From a virus (lineage: Duplodnaviria > Heunggongvirae > Uroviricota > Caudoviricetes), in IMG/VR virus record IMGVR_UViG_2778260992_000001: a stretch of 64,000 nt of DNA; one strand, written 5' to 3'. The number at the start of each line of letters is the position of its first letter. Within the stretch, counting starts at the first letter, position 1. The notes below the pieces were generated by a model. It had not been told where the DNA came from. It worked only from the letters and a program-made list of their open reading frames with translations, and did not search any database. A program made the position numbers and the translations under genes. Below, in pieces: positions 19,421 through 29,777 of this stretch.

Positions 19421-19495
19421 GATCGGGGATCTTATTTGATCTATACAAGGATCTATCTATGGATCTCTTTATTAGGATCTATCCTGTGGATATGT
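19421..19495. other. origin-associated GATC cluster (6 sites in about 60 bp) with DnaA-box-like TGTGGATAT
   Basis: Organisation DnaA box - GATC repeats - iterons - repA mirrors P1 oriR; a Dam methyltransferase is encoded in the window. Confidence 0.65.
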
Positions 19496-19579
19496 GAATA
19501 ATTAAAACAGGCATTTACTACCTTCGGCGCACCTGGTGGGTTATCGTTGCCTCGGCTAACAATCACAGAAAAATGACAT

Positions 19580-20224
19580 ATGGATCTAAAACGCACGCGC
19601 TGGGTTCGTCGTCTTGAAGACGGCTCCTACACTATCGAATCAAATTCCAACCTGAATAAGCAGAAGTTGCTTTGTGACATCTGCGGTATAGCGGCGAAGT
19701 GCCCGATCTACGAAACCAGAATTAAACTTGATAAGGCTGGTGTGAATTTTCATTTAAACAGTTGCATCAGGTACGTTCCATTACTCGCATTTCGTAAACC
19801 GATCATCGGATTGGATGCTCCCTACTTCAACACACTCCGTTCAGGTGTGACGTGGCGAGATCGTTTATCACCAGACAAGCTGATTTGCCTCGTATCCGCA
19901 GACACAGGGAAAATCATCCGTTTTGGGAAAGTAGACAAGGTTTACTCAGGCCCAGTAGACGAAATGTTGCGGAAACACAGCCGGTTTAATCATCTCTGTA
20001 TGGGTGGTGAGAAAATCGAGAAGGTAGAAGAAGTGATCCGCAAATCCTACGGACACTTTCTGACCAAAGATAGCCTGCTCACCGCAATCTACATCAGACA
20101 TGTAAAACGTGAGTTCGACCTCGAATACCACAGCGAAGAAGAGCTTAACCTTGTTGACCCACGTCCAAAAGCTGGCGTCATAAGCATAAACGCAGCGCGT
20201 AAAAAGCCCACTGACGCGCTGTAA
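19580..20224 (+). CDS. hypothetical protein
   Basis: 214-aa ORF adjacent to origin; Cys-rich N-terminus. Confidence 0.5.
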   Translation: MDLKRTRWVRRLEDGSYTIESNSNLNKQKLLCDICGIAAKCPIYETRIKLDKAGVNFHLNSCIRYVPLLAFRKPIIGLDAPYFNTLRSGVTWRDRLSPDKLICLVSADTGKIIRFGKVDKVYSGPVDEMLRKHSRFNHLCMGGEKIEKVEEVIRKSYGHFLTKDSLLTAIYIRHVKREFDLEYHSEEELNLVDPRPKAGVISINAARKKPTDAL

Positions 20225-20345
20225 CCCTCCAGATCGTATATTGGCGTAGATAGAATCTACGCCCCCTCAAAATAGCTCTCATAGCGTTCTACAGTGATCC
20301 TGTCTTATTTTTAGTCATACAGACAAGCAAAGTTGCGCCACGATA

Positions 20346-20366
20346 AATAGGTATATACTTACTTAT
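20346..20366. promoter_or_regulatory. class-2 palindrome AATAGGTATATACTTACTTAT
   Basis: Upstream of the sbcD-like gene. Confidence 0.4.
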
Positions 20367-20478
20367 AAATTTTGTATATTAAGGCGCTCGTTTCATTCCT
20401 AACATACCGTTATGCATAGTTGTTTACCTCCTCATTGCTCTTAGAATTTGTATCAAAATAACCACAAAGGAAAAATAC

Positions 20479-21564
20479 ATGACTTTGCCATACGGCGTCA
20501 TTTCTGACTGCCACTACCACAAATGGGATGCGTTCTCCACGACGAACGCTGAGGGGCTTAACTCCAGACTTGAAATACAGTTGGAAGCAACGAAAGAAGC
20601 AGCCATCGCCATGAAGAAGGCCGGTTGTAAGTACATGTTGGTTGCCGGTGATACATTTCACGTCCGAGGAACTGTGTCCCCTTCTGTTTTGCATTACGTA
20701 ACTGAAACGTACAAGTGGATTATCAACGAGCTTGATCTGACAGTAGTAATGCTGGCCGGTAATCACGATCTTGAAACCAACGATTCAGTATATAGCGCCA
20801 ACGCAGCAGCATCGCTGAGTTCTATCGGCGTGGTAATCGTATGTGGCAAGCGCCCACACTCAATAAAAATTGGTGATGTGACTGTCCACCTGATTAGCTG
20901 GCGTAACAATCATGCGGAACTTATCAGCGATCTGAAAGCATTACGTAAGAGCGTAGAAGGTGATAATCATGACGTTGTTATCCATACATCCATTAACAAA
21001 GCCATTCCAACAATGCCTGACGTCGGTATCGATGCGCAGGAGTTAAAGGATATCGGCTTTCGTCTCGTGCTTAGTGGGCATTACCACAACCACAAAGAGG
21101 TCATTCCTGGAGTTATCAGTGTCGGTGCACTGACTCATCAAAATTGGGGAGATGTTGGATCTCTGGCTGGCTACATGATCGTAAACCCGGACGGCAGTTT
21201 CAGTCACTACGAAACCAGTGCGCCTAAATTCATTAACCTGGAAGATGATGTTGCTGATGACCAAATTCGCGGCAACTACGTGCGTTTCCGCGCCGTAATT
21301 GAGAACGATGAAGAAGGCATTAAGTACCAGAACATCCTCAAAACAATGGGTGCAAAAGGTGTCGTGTGCAACTTCATCCGTAAGTCATCAATGATGGAAG
21401 GGACAGCCAGCACAACTGAAACCAGCAAAATCGATAGCCTAGGAGAGTCGGTATCTGCTTATTGCAAGATTGTCCACGATACTGACGGCGGATTTGATCT
21501 GAGCAAATTGGATATTTTGTGTCAGGAAATCCTCACCGAAGCGGAGAGTTCGGAGGCTGTGTGA
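20479..21564 (+). CDS. sbcD: SbcD/Mre11-like metallophosphoesterase nuclease (T4 gp47-like)
   Basis: Calcineurin-like phosphoesterase motifs GDTFH, GNHD, GHYH. Confidence 0.8.
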   Translation: MTLPYGVISDCHYHKWDAFSTTNAEGLNSRLEIQLEATKEAAIAMKKAGCKYMLVAGDTFHVRGTVSPSVLHYVTETYKWIINELDLTVVMLAGNHDLETNDSVYSANAAASLSSIGVVIVCGKRPHSIKIGDVTVHLISWRNNHAELISDLKALRKSVEGDNHDVVIHTSINKAIPTMPDVGIDAQELKDIGFRLVLSGHYHNHKEVIPGVISVGALTHQNWGDVGSLAGYMIVNPDGSFSHYETSAPKFINLEDDVADDQIRGNYVRFRAVIENDEEGIKYQNILKTMGAKGVVCNFIRKSSMMEGTASTTETSKIDSLGESVSAYCKIVHDTDGGFDLSKLDILCQEILTEAESSEAV

Positions 21565-21793
21565 AGCAAAGTCGTTATGGGAGCTTTCGAGACTTTGCCA
21601 TCACGATGAAAAGACTTGAACGAGGCCAGACGGTGATGTTTCACAAGCCCTACCCGCCACAAGGAAATCCCGTAGCGTTTTATCTTGGAAGGTTAACAAG
21701 AAAAGGCGTATTGAGGCGCAGATCCTTCCCGGCGCATACGGAGTTCAGATTGAAAGAAGGCCAAAAGCTAACACACGGTATCAGAGGTGTTAT

Positions 21794-23710
21794 ATGAAGT
21801 TTTTAAAGCTCCAGGTTGAGAATTTTATGGCTATCGCCAGCGCGGAGGTCGAGTTAGATCAGCGTGGTTTAGTGCTCATTCAGGGTGTTAATAGTGATGA
21901 TAGTTCCGCATCAAGTAATGGCTCTGGAAAGTCAACTCTAATGAATAGCCTGATGTGGTGTCTTTATGGCGAAACAGCTCATGGTGTGAAGGGTGACGAT
22001 GTGTTGTCTACCGACCATGAAAAGAACTGTCGTGTTGCAGTAACCATCGAGGATGAAGGCAAGAGATACGCAATCATTCGTCACCGTAAACACAAAGAGT
22101 TCAAAAATCGTCTTATCGTTCGTGGTGAAGATGGCGATATGACGAAAGGCAAAGATGCGCTGACGCAGGAGTTCGTCGAGCGTCTGATCGGTGCATCTAA
22201 AGAGGTTTTCATGGCTTCCATCTATGCGAGCCAAGAAGCTATGCCAGATTTACCTGGAATGTCCGACAAAAACCTCAAAACCATCGTAGAAGAAGCCGCT
22301 GGCGTTGACAGACTGACACGCGCCTACGCTATTGCTCGTGAGCGAGCTAATGCAGCTGCCGCACGTATGGATGTGGTTAAAACCAAATTGGAGTCGACAA
22401 TCTCGACCATTGAGGCAACACAGTCAGAAATTGAGTCCGCGAAAGCCTCCTCTGAATCATGGGAACAAGAGCGTTCTAAACGTTATGACGATGCCCTAGC
22501 TGGGCTGGCAAGTGCCGAAGTTGAGTTAACGGAAGTTGAACTTGAGATCCGCACTCTTCCCGAACAGATCCGTGATACCGAGAAGGCAATCGAAAGTGAG
22601 CGCAAAAAGTTAGCCTCAAAAGAAGAACATGATGCCAAGTTGCTCAAAGTGCGTGGTGCGATAACTGATATTCGGGCAAGCATCAAAGCTACAGAAAATA
22701 GTCAGGCTGATGCAATGAGCCGCGCGCGCAATTTTAAGACCAAAGCAGAAGAGGTTGGTACTAAAGTAGGATCACCATGCCCTACTTGTGGCAAAGCCTA
22801 CTGCGAAGAAGATCTATCAACGGTGAAGGAGAATTTCATTGAACAAGCACGTCAGGAAATTGGTCAGGCGAAGACACTTGCAGAGGCAATGGCTAAACAC
22901 AAAACGAATCTTGAGAAGGCGTTAAGCATTGAGTCTGCCCTTGTTAAAACGACACCTGATGTAACGGCTATCATTGCCCGGATTGAAGAGCTTACGAAAC
23001 AACTCTCATCTTTGCGTCATCGTGAGAAGGAGGTTGTTGCTATTGAGTCTCTTGTGACTCGTGCTCGTACTGAGGTCGATCGTATATCAAAAGAGATTAA
23101 TCCGTTTATTGCTCTTATCGCCAGACACGAAGATAACTTGGTATCCAGTAAGTCTACCTTCAAGTCCTTAAAAGATGAGTTGAAGGCTATTCAGGAACAA
23201 ACGTTGCTATTGGAAAAAGCTCGTCAGGTCTACTCTCCTGCCGGGGTGCGTTCTCATATTTTGACGTCTGTTACGCCTTTCCTGAATACACGCACTGCCG
23301 AGTATCTCAATACGTTGTCTGACGGGAATATTACTGCTGAGTGGTCGACGATGGATGTCACTAAAAAAGGTGAGTATCGCGACAAATTCAACATTAGTGT
23401 GCAGAAGAAAGGTTCAAGTAAGTCGTTCCAAACCCTCTCTGGTGGTGAGAAGCGGAAGGTTCGCATTGCGTGTTCTTTGGCATTGCAGGATCTGGTTAGT
23501 AACCGGGCGAGTAAAAACATCGATTTGTTTATCGGCGACGAAATTGACGATGCACTCGATACAGCCGGTCTTGAACGCCTCATGGGTATTCTGGAGTCCA
23601 AAGCTCGCGAGCGAGGTACTGTGCTGATTATCTCCCATAAAGAGATGAAGTCATGGTTCCGGGAAACTATTACGCTGGAAGTTAAAGAGGGGCGCAGCTA
23701 TGTCGTTTAA
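21794..23710 (+). CDS. sbcC: SbcC/Rad50-like ATPase (T4 gp46-like)
   Basis: N-terminal Walker A GSGKST; long coiled coil with central CxxC hook (CPTCGKAYC); C-terminal signature/Walker B region. Confidence 0.8.
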   Translation: MKFLKLQVENFMAIASAEVELDQRGLVLIQGVNSDDSSASSNGSGKSTLMNSLMWCLYGETAHGVKGDDVLSTDHEKNCRVAVTIEDEGKRYAIIRHRKHKEFKNRLIVRGEDGDMTKGKDALTQEFVERLIGASKEVFMASIYASQEAMPDLPGMSDKNLKTIVEEAAGVDRLTRAYAIARERANAAAARMDVVKTKLESTISTIEATQSEIESAKASSESWEQERSKRYDDALAGLASAEVELTEVELEIRTLPEQIRDTEKAIESERKKLASKEEHDAKLLKVRGAITDIRASIKATENSQADAMSRARNFKTKAEEVGTKVGSPCPTCGKAYCEEDLSTVKENFIEQARQEIGQAKTLAEAMAKHKTNLEKALSIESALVKTTPDVTAIIARIEELTKQLSSLRHREKEVVAIESLVTRARTEVDRISKEINPFIALIARHEDNLVSSKSTFKSLKDELKAIQEQTLLLEKARQVYSPAGVRSHILTSVTPFLNTRTAEYLNTLSDGNITAEWSTMDVTKKGEYRDKFNISVQKKGSSKSFQTLSGGEKRKVRIACSLALQDLVSNRASKNIDLFIGDEIDDALDTAGLERLMGILESKARERGTVLIISHKEMKSWFRETITLEVKEGRSYVV

Positions 23711-24443
23711 ATTAAGCCGCACGCAGTTTTTGCAGGTATTTGCAGTGATGCAGTCGATAAAACTGATCAATGGGCATACTTCCAATGGTGCGGCTCCACG
23801 TATTCTGTGGGGCAGCAACAATATTGACGGAGTACAATTCGCCGCGTTGCTTGGTCTAATATCCGAGACACCATTGATGCAAAGTTTGAAATCACTACCA
23901 CCTGGATGTATTGCGCCGATCCTGATTAATCCTTTTGTTGAGGGGGGATATCTTCCCAACGTCGGGCCTGGGTTTATTGCATCCCATGAAACTGAAGATC
24001 TTAACATTAATAGCGAAGGGTTCTTTGGGGGAATGGGTGCGCATCACTGTATGGCTTTCACGAACCTTATTCGACTTGCCAATAAGCGGGTGGATAGTTT
24101 GGCATCTCCAGGTGATGCTTTTACTGATTTCCTTATCCAAAGGAGGGATAAAAAGTACAGTGCGGACAAACTACAGTTTATTGGTAAGTATGGAGAAATG
24201 GTAGAAATCGAACTTCAGCTCCCTCATGTTTTAGCAAACGATAGTGCAGACAGTCGGAGGCTGTTGGGCATCATGCGTCATTTCATAGCAAGTGGCGTTA
24301 AACATGCCGTAGATAAACGTGTCACGCAGGAAAATGAGTATTCAGACTTTGCAAACTATCCCCAACCAACGTTGCAAACGGCAATAATAGCCAATTCGTT
24401 GGAGGCGAGATTATTGGAAAACCCTATATGGGGAACATGGTAA
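23700..24443 (+). CDS. hypothetical protein
   Basis: 247-aa ORF overlapping sbcC stop. Confidence 0.5.
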   Translation: MSFKLSRTQFLQVFAVMQSIKLINGHTSNGAAPRILWGSNNIDGVQFAALLGLISETPLMQSLKSLPPGCIAPILINPFVEGGYLPNVGPGFIASHETEDLNINSEGFFGGMGAHHCMAFTNLIRLANKRVDSLASPGDAFTDFLIQRRDKKYSADKLQFIGKYGEMVEIELQLPHVLANDSADSRRLLGIMRHFIASGVKHAVDKRVTQENEYSDFANYPQPTLQTAIIANSLEARLLENPIWGTW

Positions 24444-24452
24444 GGAGACTAT

Positions 24453-25022
24453 ATGAGTAAAAAAATCAGCGTAGTTGGTGTTGATCCCTCAATGAGTAAC
24501 TTTGGGCTTGCTGTGGGCACTTTAGACCTTGAAACGGACGAACTTGAGATTCACGGCCTTACTCTTGTTGAGACTAAAGCGGGGAGTAACAAAAAGACAG
24601 TTCGTGTGAACAGCGACGATCTGCGCCGTGCCAGTGAAATATGGCGTGTTGCGAAGCCAATCATTGATAAGGCAAATATGGTTTTTTGTGAGCTACCGGT
24701 TGGGAGCCAAAACTCTCGTTCGCAGACGTCTTACGGAATTTGTATCGGTGTACTTGCGTGTGTGGATAAGCCATTGATCCAGGTTACTCCAAACGAAATT
24801 AAGCATTTTGTCGGCAATAAACTTACTACATCGAAAGAAGAGATTATCCAGTGGGCTACGAAAAAACACCCTAAAGCACCGTGGCTGCGTCGTAAGCAAT
24901 CTGGACAGGATGTTCTCGTGAACAAAAACGAACATTTGGCTGATGCGGTGGCTGCCATCCATACCGGTATGCAAACGGATCAGTTCCGCCAGGTGCGCGA
25001 TGTTCTTAAGTCTCTCATTTGA
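24453..25022 (+). CDS. RuvC-like Holliday junction resolvase
   Basis: N-terminal VVGVDPSMSNFGLAV and C-terminal ADAVAAIHTG resemble RuvC/YqgF-fold resolvases. Confidence 0.65.
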   Translation: MSKKISVVGVDPSMSNFGLAVGTLDLETDELEIHGLTLVETKAGSNKKTVRVNSDDLRRASEIWRVAKPIIDKANMVFCELPVGSQNSRSQTSYGICIGVLACVDKPLIQVTPNEIKHFVGNKLTTSKEEIIQWATKKHPKAPWLRRKQSGQDVLVNKNEHLADAVAAIHTGMQTDQFRQVRDVLKSLI

Positions 25023-25028
25023 TTTCAT

Positions 25029-25050
25029 TGATAGGTAAGTGCTTATCTAT
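25029..25050. promoter_or_regulatory. class-2 palindrome TGATAGGTAAGTGCTTATCTAT
   Basis: Upstream of nrdA, followed by a GGGCCACTA/TAGTGGCCC hairpin. Confidence 0.45.
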
Positions 25051-25095
25051 TAACATGGGCCACTATATTTAGTGGCCCTCTTTATTTGGTGATAC

Positions 25096-27411
25096 ATGAT
25101 AAGCATCGTAAAACGTAACGGCCAAACAGAGCCGTTATCCGAAGAAAAATACAACCGCGTCGTAATGTATGGCGTAGAAGGCATTCGTGGTGTAAGCGCA
25201 TCCGCTGTAGCAATGGGAGCTGCGGCCAGCATTTTTGATGGGATTACCACCAGCCAGTTGCATGAGGCTTTGGTTAAATCTGCCGCTGATTTGATCTCAC
25301 CAGATGCACCAAATTACTCACAGGTGGCTGCCCGCCTGAACATTTTTAAAATCCGCAAAGATGCCTTCGGTCGTTACGACTATCCGAACTTCTACCAACA
25401 CATTGTCAAGAACGTTAACAAGGGCGTTTATGACAAGGATTTGCTGACACATTATTCGTTTGAAGAGATCGAAGAACTCGGCAATTACATTAAGCCTAAA
25501 CGTGACGATCTTTTTGGCTATGCAGCTACGGTGCAATTGCAAAGCAAATACCTCGTTCAAAACCGTGTTACTGGTGAGATTCATGAGGGGCCGCAACATA
25601 TCTATATGCTGGTAGGCATGTGTCTGTTCCAGAATTGGGAAGACGACTGCGCTGGCAAAACACGTATGGAGATGGTCAAAGGTTTCTATGACGTTACAAG
25701 TACGTTCAAACTGTCTCTGCCCACACCAATCATGGCCGGCGTCCGTACTCCAACCCGTCAGTTCTCCAGTTGTGTGCTGATTGAGTCTGGCGATAGTCTG
25801 AAAGGGATTAGCGCAGCTTCAGCCGCAATTATCGACTACGTTTCACGTCGTGCTGGAATTGGTATTGGTTTTGGCCGTATCCGTGCGCTGGGCAGTGAGA
25901 TCCGCAATGGTGAAGCCACCCATACCGGAGTTATTCCATTCCTGAAGCATTTCCAGACGGCTGTTAAATCTTGCTCGCAAGGTGGTGTCCGTGGTGGCGC
26001 AGCAACAGCGTTTTACCCGATTTGGCATCTTGAAGTTGAAAGTCTGCTGGTGGTGAAAAATAACCGTGGTATCGATGAAAACCGCGTTCGCCATCTTGAT
26101 TACGGTGTCATGAGTAACCGTCTGATGTACCGTCGACTCGTCAGAAGCGAGAACATCACTCTGTTCAGCCCGCATGATGTGCCTGATATGTACGAAGCCT
26201 TCTTCACAGACCAGGAGCTGTTTGAAAAGCTGTACCATAAATACGAAGCCGATGATTCAATTCGCAAGAAGTCAGTACCTGCCATTGAGCTGTTCTCATC
26301 TCTGATGCAGGAACGAGCGTCCACGGGCCGAATTTATATTGCGAACGTCGATCATATTAATGAGCATGGCGCTTTCATTCCTGCTCTTGCACCTGTTCGC
26401 CAGTCAAACCTGTGTATGGAGATCACCCTACCCACCCGTCCACTGGCATTTACCGACGACCCGAACGGTGAGATCGCGCTATGCACTTTATCCGCTTTTA
26501 ACCTCGGAGCCATCCGTTCACTGGAGTCTCTTAAAGAGGTGGCGTTCTATGCCGTTGCTGCACTGGATTCGTTACTGGATTATCAAGACTATCCGATGGA
26601 GGCAGCCGAAGTGCCTGCCAAAGCTCGTCGTAGCTTGGGAATTGGTGTAACCAACTTTGCTTATTACCTGGCAAAGAATGGCGTTCGTTATTCTGATACC
26701 GCTGGCAATAAACTGGTGCATGAAACGTTCGAAGCTATCCAGTATTACCTTCTTGATGCCAGCTGCCGACTTGCTGAAGCAAAAGGTGAGTGTGACTGGT
26801 TTGAGCAGACCAAGTACGCAATTGGTCAGTTGCCGATCGACCATTACCGTTCTTCATTAGACGAAAGTGGCGAAACCAACTTTGAGTTAAAGATGCCGTG
26901 GGAAGAACTGCGTGAACGTATTGCAAAATACGGCCTTCGCAACTCCACACTGACGGCACAAATGCCATGCGAGACTTCCAGCCAGATCACTAATTCCACC
27001 AACGGCATCGAACCGCCTCGTGGCCCGGTGTCGGTGAAATCTTCTAAGGACGGCATCGTTAAGATGGTCGTGCCTGAGTTTGAAAAACTGAAGGAACAGT
27101 ATGAATACCTGTGGGATATGCCGGACAACCGCGGCTATCTGACAAAGGTGGCGATCATCCAGAAGTTCTTTGACCAGGCTATTTCAGCCAATACCAACTA
27201 TGACCCTTCTCGCTTTGAAGGCGATAAAGTCCCAATGATGACGCTACTGTCAGATTTGCTTCTCGCCTACAAGATGGGAGTTAAAACGCTTTACTACCAC
27301 AACACCAGAGATGGGGCAGGAAAGCGTGATGACGACGAACCGCAGAATCCACTGACGCAAGCTGTAGCCGTCGAGCCAGAAGATGAGTGCGACGGAGCCT
27401 GCAAAATCTGA
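25096..27411 (+). CDS. nrdA: ribonucleoside-diphosphate reductase alpha subunit (class Ia)
   Basis: 771 aa; N-terminal ATP-cone (ISIVKRNGQTEPLSEEKYNRV); catalytic-core motifs and C-terminal Cys tail. Confidence 0.9.
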   Translation: MISIVKRNGQTEPLSEEKYNRVVMYGVEGIRGVSASAVAMGAAASIFDGITTSQLHEALVKSAADLISPDAPNYSQVAARLNIFKIRKDAFGRYDYPNFYQHIVKNVNKGVYDKDLLTHYSFEEIEELGNYIKPKRDDLFGYAATVQLQSKYLVQNRVTGEIHEGPQHIYMLVGMCLFQNWEDDCAGKTRMEMVKGFYDVTSTFKLSLPTPIMAGVRTPTRQFSSCVLIESGDSLKGISAASAAIIDYVSRRAGIGIGFGRIRALGSEIRNGEATHTGVIPFLKHFQTAVKSCSQGGVRGGAATAFYPIWHLEVESLLVVKNNRGIDENRVRHLDYGVMSNRLMYRRLVRSENITLFSPHDVPDMYEAFFTDQELFEKLYHKYEADDSIRKKSVPAIELFSSLMQERASTGRIYIANVDHINEHGAFIPALAPVRQSNLCMEITLPTRPLAFTDDPNGEIALCTLSAFNLGAIRSLESLKEVAFYAVAALDSLLDYQDYPMEAAEVPAKARRSLGIGVTNFAYYLAKNGVRYSDTAGNKLVHETFEAIQYYLLDASCRLAEAKGECDWFEQTKYAIGQLPIDHYRSSLDESGETNFELKMPWEELRERIAKYGLRNSTLTAQMPCETSSQITNSTNGIEPPRGPVSVKSSKDGIVKMVVPEFEKLKEQYEYLWDMPDNRGYLTKVAIIQKFFDQAISANTNYDPSRFEGDKVPMMTLLSDLLLAYKMGVKTLYYHNTRDGAGKRDDDEPQNPLTQAVAVEPEDECDGACKI

Positions 27412-27416
27412 CATAT

Positions 27417-27448
27417 GGTGGGGGGTATCCCCACCTTCTCTTTGATTT
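27417..27448 (+). terminator. hairpin with T-rich tail after nrdA
   Basis: GGTGGGG-ggtat-CCCCACC followed by TTCTCTTTGATTT. Confidence 0.55.
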
Positions 27449-27470
27449 GTAAGCCTTGTTTAAACAAATA

Positions 27471-27488
27471 AGATAACAACTTGTTTAA
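27471..27488. promoter_or_regulatory. class-1 palindromic element ATAACAACTTGTTTAAAC
   Basis: Upstream of nrdB; preceded by a second copy TTGTTTAAACAA. Confidence 0.5.
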
Positions 27489-27516
27489 ACACATCAAAAA
27501 GCAAAAGGAAAAACAC

Positions 27517-28659
27517 ATGTCATATTCAACGTTCCGTTTGGGTGCTAATGATGCAACCAAAGAGCCTATGTTCCTCGGACAATCTGTCAACGTGGCACGT
27601 TACGATCAGCAAAAATACCGTGATTTTGAAAAGTTGATTGAACGTCAATTGTCTTTCTTCTGGCGGCCGGAAGAAGTTGATATTTCGAGCGATCGTATCG
27701 ACTTCAACACGAAGCTGCGGGACCACGAACGTCACATTTTTCTGAGCAATCTCCGTTATCAAACGTTACTCGATTCAGTTCAGGGACGTAGCCCAAATGC
27801 AACGCTGCTGCCGCTTATCTCTATTCCTGAACTGGAAACGTGGGTTGAAACATGGTCTTTCTCTGAGACTATCCATAGCCGCAGCTACACCCACATTATT
27901 CGTGGCATGGTGGACGATCCGAGCATTGTTTTTGACGGTATTGTTACGGATGAAGAAATCATCAACCGAGCGATCAGTATCTCTGCTGAATATGACAGGC
28001 TTTATGGGATGACCTGCGAGCGCCAGTCGTTAGGTGAGAAAGAGTTTGAACGTCTGTACGTAAATGAATATGGCTGGGAGCCATACCCTTTGCACCGTCA
28101 GCTTTTCCGCACGTTGGTGTCCATTAATGCGCTTGAGGCGATCCGTTTCTATGTAAGTTTTGCATGTACGTTTGCCTTTGGCGAACGGAAGTTGCTTGAG
28201 GGTAACACCAAAATTATGCGCTTTATTGCCCGTGATGAAGCTCTGCATTGCGAAGGAACTGAACGCATGATCCGCTTCATGCGTACCGGTCGCGAAGGTT
28301 TATTGTGGAAAGAGATTGCTGCTGATGAAGAAAACGTCATTTACGACACCATGAAATCAGTCGCCGAACAAGAAATGAACTGGGCAGACTATCTCTTCAA
28401 AGACGGTTCGATGATTGGTTTAAACGCGGATATTCTGAAGACCTATGTAAAATACCGAACCAATCTGGCTATGAATCGTCTTGGCCTGAAGGCTTTATTT
28501 CCAGAAGTTACCACAGATCCGCTGGTCTGGATGAACAAGTGGTTGTTAACCGACACACTGCAAATTGCACCACAAGAGGCAGAGCAAAGCACATATCTGG
28601 TAGGTCAGATCGATTCTACCGTGGACAAGGCTTCTCTAAGCCAGTTTGCAGACCTGTAA
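27517..28659 (+). CDS. nrdB: ribonucleoside-diphosphate reductase beta subunit
   Basis: Ferritin-like diiron/tyrosyl-radical fold; start set at ATG after AAGGA RBS (track ORF begins at a TTG codon, 27481). Confidence 0.9.
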   Translation: MSYSTFRLGANDATKEPMFLGQSVNVARYDQQKYRDFEKLIERQLSFFWRPEEVDISSDRIDFNTKLRDHERHIFLSNLRYQTLLDSVQGRSPNATLLPLISIPELETWVETWSFSETIHSRSYTHIIRGMVDDPSIVFDGIVTDEEIINRAISISAEYDRLYGMTCERQSLGEKEFERLYVNEYGWEPYPLHRQLFRTLVSINALEAIRFYVSFACTFAFGERKLLEGNTKIMRFIARDEALHCEGTERMIRFMRTGREGLLWKEIAADEENVIYDTMKSVAEQEMNWADYLFKDGSMIGLNADILKTYVKYRTNLAMNRLGLKALFPEVTTDPLVWMNKWLLTDTLQIAPQEAEQSTYLVGQIDSTVDKASLSQFADL

Positions 28660-28736
28660 ACCGATACAAAGCATTATGTGGCCTGGCAACGCTGGGCCAC
28701 AATGGATCACAAGAATTAAGAAGGAACAAAACTAGC

Positions 28737-29606
28737 ATGAACTTTACCAAACTGACTGACCACCTGAAACTTGCCACCGATCGTCTCATTGGATTTAAGC
28801 CAGAACCATATGAGTTGCATGAAGGTCATGGTGTAGCTACTGAAAGTATTTACAAGATGGTCGATCAGTTTCATGAACTCTTCCAGCATCCGAGACGCGT
28901 TATGCCGACACCAGAGCTGCTTCGTCTCCGTGCAAGCCTGATTCATGAAGAAGCTGTAGTGGAAGGTATTCCAGCTGCAATGAATGGGGATATTGAGCAA
29001 CTGCTGGATGCAATGGCCGACTTTTTATACGTTGGTGTTGGTACGATGGTCGCCATCAAAGGTGGTATTTCTACCGGCATGACCTATTACACGCAGGAAC
29101 AGAGCATTGATCGCTTTATGCAGACAATTTTTGTGCCTGGTAACACTGTTTTCGATGATATGGCAATGCCATTTCAGGAAGCTCGTGAGGCGTCATGTAT
29201 GCTCGAAGAGCTGGCAGATAAACTTGAGAACAAGACTGTTAAGGATTCTGAGCTGATTCAGGAACTGCGCCGTGTCATGAACAAAATCTATGTGGCGTGC
29301 ATGATGACCTATCGACTGGCTGATTTCCTCGGTATCAATGTCGTCGAGCTGGTTGGCGAAATTCATCGGTCCAACATGACAAAATTATGGCCTGCAGATG
29401 CCGAAGAGCGTCGCCATGCTGTGGCCAACTGCAAATACGACTCTTCTGACCTGGGATTTCGCCATGCTGATGGCACCGATAAGATGATCGGTTTTCGAAT
29501 TTCCGATGGAAAAATTCTGAAGTCTCCAACCTATAGTGATGTCGATTTATCCTCCTTTGTTGAGCAAGCTAAAGCCTCAGCAATGTACGGAATGATCAAA
29601 AAATAA
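28737..29606 (+). CDS. putative MazG-like nucleoside triphosphate pyrophosphohydrolase (tandem domains)
   Basis: Two repeats of the EExxE ... D ... ELxD pattern (LIHEEAVVEGIP ... DIEQLLDAMADFLYV; CMLEELADKLE); upstream track extension overlaps nrdB and is rejected. Confidence 0.45.
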   Translation: MNFTKLTDHLKLATDRLIGFKPEPYELHEGHGVATESIYKMVDQFHELFQHPRRVMPTPELLRLRASLIHEEAVVEGIPAAMNGDIEQLLDAMADFLYVGVGTMVAIKGGISTGMTYYTQEQSIDRFMQTIFVPGNTVFDDMAMPFQEAREASCMLEELADKLENKTVKDSELIQELRRVMNKIYVACMMTYRLADFLGINVVELVGEIHRSNMTKLWPADAEERRHAVANCKYDSSDLGFRHADGTDKMIGFRISDGKILKSPTYSDVDLSSFVEQAKASAMYGMIKK

Positions 29607-29674
29607 TTGTAGGTAGTTATCTATCTATGTATATTGTGTCGGCGCGTTAAATTTCTGAAACAACTATCCGTTTT

Positions 29675-29700
29675 TGGTGGCCTATGGCCACCATTTTTTT
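29675..29700 (+). terminator. rho-independent terminator
   Basis: TGGTGGCC-tat-GGCCACCA followed by TTTTTTT. Confidence 0.7.
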
Positions 29701-29746
29701 ATCTATCTGGTCTTGTTCTCTCAATAAATGTAAACTCACACGATGA

Positions 29747-29764
29747 ATAAGTAATTACTTATCT
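29747..29764. promoter_or_regulatory. class-2 palindrome AATAAGTAATTACTTATC
   Basis: Perfect ATAAGTAATTACTTAT palindrome about 15 bp upstream of the thyA start. Confidence 0.45.
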
Positions 29765-29777
29765 TTGTGAGGTTTTT

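Noticed and set aside
19249-19497. 82-aa ORF on the plus strand across the origin iterons, and the N-terminal extension of the repA ORF (19259..19378)
   Set aside because: Both are translations of iteron and GATC repeats; RepA begins at MSTKNK, matching the P1 RepA N-terminus, so the upstream extension is treated as non-coding origin DNA.
21519-21797. 92-aa basic ORF bridging sbcD and sbcC
   Set aside because: Starts inside sbcD in another frame; an arginine-rich translation of a GC-rich spacer is more likely. A short real ORF from the internal MKRLERG remains possible but is unsupported.
28539-28736. Upstream extension of the MazG-like ORF overlapping the nrdB 3-prime end
   Set aside because: Overlaps nrdB in another frame and lacks an RBS; an ATG with an AGAAGGA RBS at 28737 gives a start immediately after nrdB.
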